DNA of 64,000 bases from an uncultured Ectothiorhodospiraceae bacterium (GTDB lineage: Bacteria; Pseudomonadota; Gammaproteobacteria; CAMYNG01), in assembly GCA_947259765.1 (NCBI GenBank), contig CAMYNG010000014.1:4549-68548 (forward strand), written 5' to 3'. The notes under the pieces were generated by a model. That model saw nothing but the letters and a program-made list of their open reading frames with translations. It searched no databases and was not told the origin of the DNA. This document shows positions 54,861 to 64,000 of this stretch, piece after piece (the first letter of the stretch is position 1; the number at the start of each line of letters is the position of its first letter). Position numbers and translations under genes: made by a program.

Positions 54861-56492
54861 TTGAAGTCTCACTCTGTATCCTCATCCCTTCATTTAACTG
54901 ACGTTCAACAACCTGATGAATCCGGTTTGAACCAGCGCACGGATGCCGGACTACGGACGTGGAAAATTTCCTCGTGGCTTTGTCGATGGCCGGGCGAACT
55001 GTTGGCGTTGTTGAGTGGTGCCGCGCTGGCGCTGGCATTTGCGCCGTTTGATCTATGGCCGCTGGCAGTGGTGCTACCGGCGGTATTGTTTTTTCTCTGG
55101 CTAGGTGTGCCGCCGCGTCGTGCCGGCTGGCGGGGCTATCTGTTTGGTCTTGGCTTGTTCAGTGTTGGTGCGTCCTGGTTGTTTGTGGCCATATATGTTT
55201 ATGGCAACACGTCTGCACCTGCTGCGGTGTTTTTGACCGGGTTGTTTGTTGCCTTCCTGGCTTTGTTTACCGGCTTGCAGGGCTATATCAGCGGACTGTT
55301 GGCTGTTCGCTTGGGTAACTCCGTCCGGGCCAGGGCATTGTCACTTCTTTTGGCCTGGCCGTGTCTGTGGGTGTTGTTCGAGTGGCTGCGGGGTTGGGTG
55401 TTAACCGGCTATCCGTGGCTCAACCTGGGGTACAGTCAAATCAGCAGTCCACTTGCCGGTCTGGCGAGTGTGTTCGGAATATATGGCGTCTCATTGGCCG
55501 TCGCAGGTTCAGCCGGGTTGCTGCTTTTTATCCTGATGAGCCAAGGCCGAATTCGTGGCTTTGGCCTGGTCGTTCTGGCGTTGATCTGGTTGGGCAGCGG
55601 GCTTCTGGGTCGACTGGAGTGGACCCGGCCAGTGGGTGAACCCATCAGTGTTGCCCTGGTCCAGGGTAACGTGCCGCAAATCACCAAGTGGCAGCCCGGC
55701 GCGCTGGAAGAACGCCTGAAGGTCTATCGACAACTGACACGACAGAGTTGGGATGCACAGTTGATTATCTGGCCGGAAAACTCGGTGACCGTGTTTTACC
55801 ATCAACTGGCGGATTCGTATTTCGAACCGCTGCGCCAGGAAGCACGCGAGCATGGCAGCGAATTGCTGATTGGCATGCCTTACGAGGAGCCGGACGCATC
55901 ACGCTACTACAGCAGCTTTGTGAGCCTGGGTCCCGACGTTAAGGTCTACCATAAGCGGCACCTGGTACCGTTCGGAGAATACGTGCCGCTGGAAAGCTGG
56001 TTACGGGGCCTGTTTGGCTTTTTTGATTTGCCCCTGTCCGGTTTTAGTCCGGGGGGCAATGATCAACTTCCATTAACGGTGTTTGGTCATCCGATCTCGG
56101 TTTCTATCTGTTACGAGGATGCGTTTGGCGAGGAGGTTATTGACTTCCTGCCCGCCGCACGATTCTTGGTTAATGGCAGTAACAATGCCTGGTACGGAGA
56201 TTCTCTGGCACCCCATCAACACTTTCAAATTTCACGCATGCGCGCGTTGGAAACCGGTCGGCCGCTATTGCGCGTGACCACAAATGGAATATCCGCCTTT
56301 GTTGATCATCACGGACGGATAATGGCCAGAAGTGTGCAATTTCAGCGTGAGGTCTTGCGCGGTGAGGTGCAGCCCCGCGAGGGCGCCACGCCGTATGTGC
56401 GGTTTGGCAATTGGCCGGTGCTGTTGGTTCTATTCTGCGTGATCGGAGTCGTTCTGCTTGCGTCCCGAAGTCGAGTGACGAGTGACGAGTGA
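54861..56492 (+). CDS. lnt: Apolipoprotein N-acyltransferase Lnt
   Basis: Multi-TM N-terminus plus a CN-hydrolase domain (LIIWPENSV; catalytic Cys region ISVSICYEDAFGEEV). The C-terminal 5 residues and the stop codon are encoded by the GTGACGA 7-mer repeat. Confidence 0.9.
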   Translation: MKSHSVSSSLHLTDVQQPDESGLNQRTDAGLRTWKISSWLCRWPGELLALLSGAALALAFAPFDLWPLAVVLPAVLFFLWLGVPPRRAGWRGYLFGLGLFSVGASWLFVAIYVYGNTSAPAAVFLTGLFVAFLALFTGLQGYISGLLAVRLGNSVRARALSLLLAWPCLWVLFEWLRGWVLTGYPWLNLGYSQISSPLAGLASVFGIYGVSLAVAGSAGLLLFILMSQGRIRGFGLVVLALIWLGSGLLGRLEWTRPVGEPISVALVQGNVPQITKWQPGALEERLKVYRQLTRQSWDAQLIIWPENSVTVFYHQLADSYFEPLRQEAREHGSELLIGMPYEEPDASRYYSSFVSLGPDVKVYHKRHLVPFGEYVPLESWLRGLFGFFDLPLSGFSPGGNDQLPLTVFGHPISVSICYEDAFGEEVIDFLPAARFLVNGSNNAWYGDSLAPHQHFQISRMRALETGRPLLRVTTNGISAFVDHHGRIMARSVQFQREVLRGEVQPREGATPYVRFGNWPVLLVLFCVIGVVLLASRSRVTSDE

Positions 56493-56497
56493 CGAGT
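56472..56497. repeat. Second copy of GTGACGA 7-mer tandem array (x3) spanning the lnt stop codon
   Basis: CGA GTGACGA GTGACGA GTGACGA GT at 56472-56497. The same unit is found at 2076-2100. Confidence 0.6.
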
Positions 56498-56512
56498 TGC
56501 TGGCCTAACGGT

Positions 56513-57034
56513 TCAGTCTTGTTTTTCGCCATAGGTCTTGCGAAACACGGTTCCCAGGCATTTCGGGCAGGGTGCGACGTGTGACGTCGTTTCCACGCGG
56601 ATGCGGTGACCGCATTTTTTGCACGCGAGGATGCCCGGGCCGGTAATGTCGCCGGTATACCAGTCGCCCTGCTCGGCTTGCTGGCGAAATTTCTCAAGTT
56701 CAATTCGGGTGGTATCGGCAGCATTGGCGAACATTTCGGCAAAACTGGACTCTGCAAGTTGCAAATCAAATTTGAGCCAGTCACGCAGCCCCTGACCGGT
56801 TTCGCTCAGATAGGTGGCGGCGTCCTGCACGTCACGTTGTAGATAGTCACCGATGTGATCGATTTCTTCACGACTCCATTCTTCCATTTCGTGGAGTTTA
56901 TCCTTGGCGTAGTCGATACGTAGCTTGAGCGCCTGTTCGGACGAATCCTCGATTTCGGAATAGGCCTCACGTAATTGTTCCAACATACGGTTATACGCAT
57001 TATGCAGGCGATTTTTTTCAGGCTGTTTTTCCAT
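56513..57034 (-). CDS. DUF1451-like zinc-ribbon protein (YbeL-like)
   Basis: Acidic helical N-terminal region and a C-terminal CxxC...CxxC zinc ribbon (CKKCGHRIRV...CPKCLGT). The ORF track gives a longer version to 57142. Confidence 0.6.
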   Translation of the reverse strand: MEKQPEKNRLHNAYNRMLEQLREAYSEIEDSSEQALKLRIDYAKDKLHEMEEWSREEIDHIGDYLQRDVQDAATYLSETGQGLRDWLKFDLQLAESSFAEMFANAADTTRIELEKFRQQAEQGDWYTGDITGPGILACKKCGHRIRVETTSHVAPCPKCLGTVFRKTYGEKQD

Positions 57035-57137
57035 GACCGGTACCACTTTTGCGAACCAGGTTTTATCCTCGCGCCAAGTCGCAGATTGTGCAAGGGGTTC
57101 AGCACGAAAAATTCGCCGGTCGCTGATACCGGCGTAA

Positions 57138-60306
<3,169 letters not shown>

Positions 60307-60310
<4 letters not shown>

Positions 60311-61347
60311 AATTAAGTTCAGACCAACTGCTGGCACGATTACGCCAGCCCGGCAACGAAGCCCTGGCGCCGATCTATCTCATCAGTGGAGACGAACCCT
60401 TTCAGCTCGGTGAGCTTGCAGATGCGCTCCGTTCCTGCGCTCGGCGGCAGGGTTATACCGATCGGCAGGTATTTTTCGCCGAGCGTGGTTTCGATTGGCA
60501 GTCACTCAGTGCCGAGCAAGATGCCTTGTCGCTGTTTGCCGAACGGCGCGTCCTCGATTTACGATTGCCGGGCAGCAAACCCGGCGACGCGGGCTCGCGC
60601 GCATTGCGGGCCTACGCCGCGCGTCCTCCCGCGGACACGGTGTTACTGGTGACCACGGGCAAACTCGATCGCAGCCAGGCGCGGAGCAAATGGGTCACAG
60701 AGTTGGAACGGGCGGGTGTCGCGGCCCAGGTATGGCCGGTGGAGGCGGGTCGTTTACCTCGTTGGTTGCAGTCGCGCATGCAGGCGCGTGGTCTCGATCC
60801 CGATACAGGCGCCGTTCAGCTTCTGGCCGAGCGGGTCGAGGGCAATCTGCTCGCGGCCGATCAGGCCATGGAAAAGCTGTTGCTGTTATACGGCCCGGGG
60901 CCGGTGGATACCGGGCAGGTCATCGCCGCGGCCGCCGACAGTGCCCGGTTTGACGTTTTTTCACTGGGTGATACCGCGTTGTCGGGAGATACGCCGCGAG
61001 CCTTGCGGATGTTGTTTGGTCTGCTGGCAGAAGGCGTTGAGCCCGCTGTCGCCCTGTGGGCGCTGGCCCGGGTGACCCGCGAGGCGTCCCGCTTGGCCGC
61101 TGCCGGACAGACCGGGGCGGCGCTTGACGGCGCCATGACGCGCCTGGGTATCTGGGATAAGCGTAAACCGGCGGTACGCGCCGCGTTGCAGCGGCACTCG
61201 CAGGAACACTGGCACCGGCTGGTGCGCTGTTTAGCGCGGGCGGATCGGGTAATTAAGGGGCTTGAAGCAGGCACAGTGCGGGATGAATTGATACAATTAG
61301 TAACAGGTATCGCCGCACAGGGCGCCCAGGAGTGGGTACGTCACTGA
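60307..61347 (+). CDS. holA: DNA polymerase III subunit delta
   Basis: Conserved N-terminus (YLISGDEPFQLGE) and the synteny lptE-holA. Confidence 0.85.
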
Positions 61348-61381
61348 CGGCCGGGCACAGCGTTGAGGTAACCAGCATTTC

Positions 61382-62650
61382 ATGGACGCCAAAGTAGACA
61401 TCAAGCAGTACATGACCGATGTGGGCCAACGCGCCCGTGCCGCCGCGCGGGTGTTGGCGCGAGCGAACACGGCGGCCAAGGACGCCGCGCTAATGGCGAT
61501 GGCCAGTCAAATTGAACAATCTAAAGACACCTTGCTGGCTGCCAATGCCGAAGATATGCAGGCTGGCCGGGAGCTGGGACTGGATGCGGCCTTGCTGGAT
61601 CGGCTGGAACTGACCCCGGACCGCGTTGCTGCCATGGCCGAAGGTCTACGCCAGATTGCTGCACTCGCGGATCCAGTGGGCGCGATTACGGATATGAATT
61701 TTCGGCCGTCGGGGATCCAGGTCGGTCGCATGCGCGTACCCTTGGGAGTGGTCGGTATCATTTACGAGTCGCGGCCAAACGTCACCGCGGATGCCGCTGG
61801 TTTGTGTCTGAAGTCCGGAAATGCGGCTATTTTACGCGGTGGCTCCGAGGCGTTGCATTCTAATCAGGCGGTGGCGGCCTGTATTCGCGCCGGACTGGGT
61901 GAAGCCGGGTTGCCGGACGACGCCGTGCAGGTAATAGAGGTTACGGATCGAGCCGCGGTTGGTGAGCTGATCACCATGCAACAGTACGTCGATGTTATCG
62001 TACCGCGTGGTGGCAAGGGTTTGATTGAACGCGTCAGTGCCGAGGCCAGGGTACCCGTTATCAAGCACCTGCACGGCGTGTGTCACGTGTATATCGATGC
62101 CGACGCGGATCCAGAGAAGGCAGTCGATGTGGCGTTTAATGCTAAAACCCAGCGCTATGGCACGTGTAATACCATGGAAACCTTGTTGGTGGATGGTCCC
62201 ATTGCAACAGAGGTGCTGCCCAAACTTGAGCAACGTTATCGGCATGCGAACGTTGAATTGCGCGGTTGCGCACAGACGAAAAAGATTCTTGCAGACGTCA
62301 AACCGGCGACGGAGGAGGACTGGGATACAGAGTATCTTGCTCCCGTGCTTTCAATCCGCATTGTCGACGGCCTTGACGCCGCCTTGGATCATTTACATGC
62401 ACATAGCTCGGGTCACACCGACGCCATCGTGACCGAAAATTTTTCACGAGCGCGACGTTTTCTGGCCGAAGTGGATTCCAGCTCGGTCATGGTGAATGCG
62501 TCCACCCGCTTCGCTGACGGCTTCGAATACGGCCTGGGTGCCGAAATCGGCATCAGTACCGACAAAATTCACGCCCGTGGTCCGGTAGGACTGGAAGGCC
62601 TGACATCACAAAAGTACGTGGTCATTGGTGACGGTCATATTCGCAAGTAA
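61382..62650 (+). CDS. proA: Glutamate-5-semialdehyde dehydrogenase (gamma-glutamyl phosphate reductase)
   Basis: [35 protein letters not shown]; catalytic Cys region [10 protein letters not shown]. Confidence 0.95.
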   Translation: MDAKVDIKQYMTDVGQRARAAARVLARANTAAKDAALMAMASQIEQSKDTLLAANAEDMQAGRELGLDAALLDRLELTPDRVAAMAEGLRQIAALADPVGAITDMNFRPSGIQVGRMRVPLGVVGIIYESRPNVTADAAGLCLKSGNAAILRGGSEALHSNQAVAACIRAGLGEAGLPDDAVQVIEVTDRAAVGELITMQQYVDVIVPRGGKGLIERVSAEARVPVIKHLHGVCHVYIDADADPEKAVDVAFNAKTQRYGTCNTMETLLVDGPIATEVLPKLEQRYRHANVELRGCAQTKKILADVKPATEEDWDTEYLAPVLSIRIVDGLDAALDHLHAHSSGHTDAIVTENFSRARRFLAEVDSSSVMVNASTRFADGFEYGLGAEIGISTDKIHARGPVGLEGLTSQKYVVIGDGHIRK

Positions 62651-62746
62651 ACCTCGCCGTCGCGGTTTAACCCGCGGCTTATCCCGTACGGTCGCTGCCC
62701 CCGTTCCCGCTTTGCCAGTTGGCAGAGCAAACCGGCCAGATACGAA

Positions 62747-63382
62747 ATGATCGGTTTGTTCGGCGGTACTTTCGATCCTATTCACTTTGGTCATCTGCGT
62801 CCGGCGCTGGAGGTATTCAACGCCTTGCCGTTCAGTGAACTACGTCTTCTCCCGTGTGGTGTGCCGGGGCATCGGACGCGACCGGTTGCCAACGCGCTGC
62901 AGCGACTGACCATGGTGCGCGCGGCCATCAGTAGTATTCCGGGTTTCAAACTGGATACCCGGGAGGTTGATAAACCTACTCCGTGTTACACCGTGGAAAC
63001 CCTGCTGGAGTTACGCACACAAATGCCAACGCACCCGCTGGCCGTGGTGATTGGCATGGACGCATTTCTTGGGCTTGAGTCGTGGCATCGCTGGCATGAA
63101 GTCATTACGCTGGCGCATCTTGTTGTGACTCATCGGCCGGGTTGGGACGTGGAGCATATTCAGGACAATCCAGTGCTAAACCGGTTCGTTGGCGAGCATC
63201 AGTGTTGGCAAGCCGAGGAGCTGACAGCACGACCGGCTGGCGGGATCTGGTTTCAACCGGTGACTTTGCTGGATATTTCAGCCACGCGAATTCGTCAGAT
63301 GTTGAAGGCCGGAGATGACGTGCGGTTTCTACTGCCTGAATCTGTAAATCAGTTAATTAAACAACAGAGAATATATGCATGA
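62747..63382 (+). CDS. nadD: Nicotinate-nucleotide adenylyltransferase
   Basis: GLFGGTFDPIHFGHL (HxGH nucleotidyltransferase motif). Confidence 0.9.
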   Translation: MIGLFGGTFDPIHFGHLRPALEVFNALPFSELRLLPCGVPGHRTRPVANALQRLTMVRAAISSIPGFKLDTREVDKPTPCYTVETLLELRTQMPTHPLAVVIGMDAFLGLESWHRWHEVITLAHLVVTHRPGWDVEHIQDNPVLNRFVGEHQCWQAEELTARPAGGIWFQPVTLLDISATRIRQMLKAGDDVRFLLPESVNQLIKQQRIYA

Positions 63383-63741
63383 GCGAACCTAATCTGGATC
63401 TGGATGCATTGCGGGATCTGGTAATCGCCGCACTTGAGGAAATCAAGGCGAAAGATATCCGCGTGCTCGACTTGCGTGGCAAGGCAAGCTTCACGGACTT
63501 AATGATTATTGCCGGCGGAAATACGGATCGACAAGTCAAGGCGCTGGCAAACAATGTGGTACTCAAGGCAAAGGAAGCACACCGCCCACCTATCGGTGTT
63601 GAGGGTGAGCAGCAAGGTGAGTGGGTGCTGGTCGATCTCGGTGAACTGGTCGTGCATATCATGCTGCCTACGGTGCGTGACTTCTATAACCTCGAAAAAC
63701 TTTGGGGGGAGGATACGCCAGCGTCGGCGAGCGAATCCTGA
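63379..63741 (+). CDS. rsfS: Ribosomal silencing factor RsfS (Iojap)
   Basis: 120 aa with DLMIIAGGNTDRQVKALANNV...GEWVLVDLGELVVHIM conserved Iojap core. Confidence 0.9.
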   Translation: MSEPNLDLDALRDLVIAALEEIKAKDIRVLDLRGKASFTDLMIIAGGNTDRQVKALANNVVLKAKEAHRPPIGVEGEQQGEWVLVDLGELVVHIMLPTVRDFYNLEKLWGEDTPASASES

Positions 63742-63792
63742 GGCGGGTTTACAGCGGATCCACAATTGTAAATTTTGCCCACGAGAGGCGCC

Positions 63793-64000
63793 ATGTATTT
63801 GGAGTTAATAGCCGTTGGGACAAAAATGCCGCCGTGGGTAACACAGGGCTTTAGCGAATATTCCAAGCGCATGCCGACTGAATGTCCATTGCGATTGAGT
63901 GAGATACCTCTGGCCAAGCGGCAAAAGAACGTCGATCTCACGCGATTGATAGACAAGGAAGGCGAAAAGATGTTGCAGTCAATTCCGAAGGGTGCGTTGG
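63793..64000 (+). CDS. rlmH: 23S rRNA (pseudouridine1915-N3)-methyltransferase RlmH (5' part; continues beyond window)
   Basis: [28 protein letters not shown] matches the RlmH N-terminus ([20 protein letters not shown]). Confidence 0.85.
   Translation, partial: MYLELIAVGTKMPPWVTQGFSEYSKRMPTECPLRLSEIPLAKRQKNVDLTRLIDKEGEKMLQSIPKGAL

Noticed and set aside
56170-56784. 204-aa minus-strand ORF spanning the lnt 3' end and the DUF1451 gene
   Set aside because: It overlaps two better-supported genes in different orientations and crosses the 7-mer repeat. No motifs.

Overview
The window reads as chromosomal DNA from a gammaproteobacterium, roughly mid-50s %GC by eye. Conserved housekeeping synteny frames it: ispG at the left edge, and miaB-ybeZ-ybeY-corC-lnt-(DUF1451)-leuS-lptE-holA-proA-nadD-rsfS-rlmH on the right. 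I saw no rRNA genes, CRISPR arrays, integrases or transposases, and no tRNA by eye. The interior is dense in signalling genes: one methyl-accepting chemotaxis protein, three GGDEF proteins (one degenerate), an HDOD protein, and an FHA-adenylate/guanylate cyclase. Two candidate systems stand out. The first is a three-gene module at about 36.2-39.0 kb: an IscA/HesB-family protein with an atypical Gly/Cys-rich C-terminal tail, an ATP-grasp ligase, and a PflA-like radical SAM enzyme of the type assigned to AmmeMemoRadiSam systems, found here without AMMECR1 or Memo. A second-copy-like lpxA and fabA-fabB follow on the same strand. The second is at 18.4-22.2 kb: a 1276-aa protein with two cNMP-binding domains, a rhodanese domain, a ~600-aa TolA-like Ala/Glu/Arg/Lys coiled-coil repeat and a C-terminal transmembrane anchor. 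It sits directly downstream of an exbB-exbD-exbD-tonB operon, and a perfect CRP-type palindrome (TGTGA-N6-TCACA) lies in its upstream region. Smaller observations: a 7-mer tandem repeat (GTGACGA) that spans the stop codons of two unrelated genes and forms an inverted pair at one site; a 112-nt near-perfect palindrome between the HDOD gene and mazG; a divergent yedK-dinB damage-response pair with no recognisable gammaproteobacterial LexA box; and a mixed-orientation islet at 13.2-18.4 kb (DUF2786, FHA-cyclase, TlpA-like, NERD, TerB, DUF2914). All calls come from reading the translated ORFs and the DNA directly. No database searches were run.
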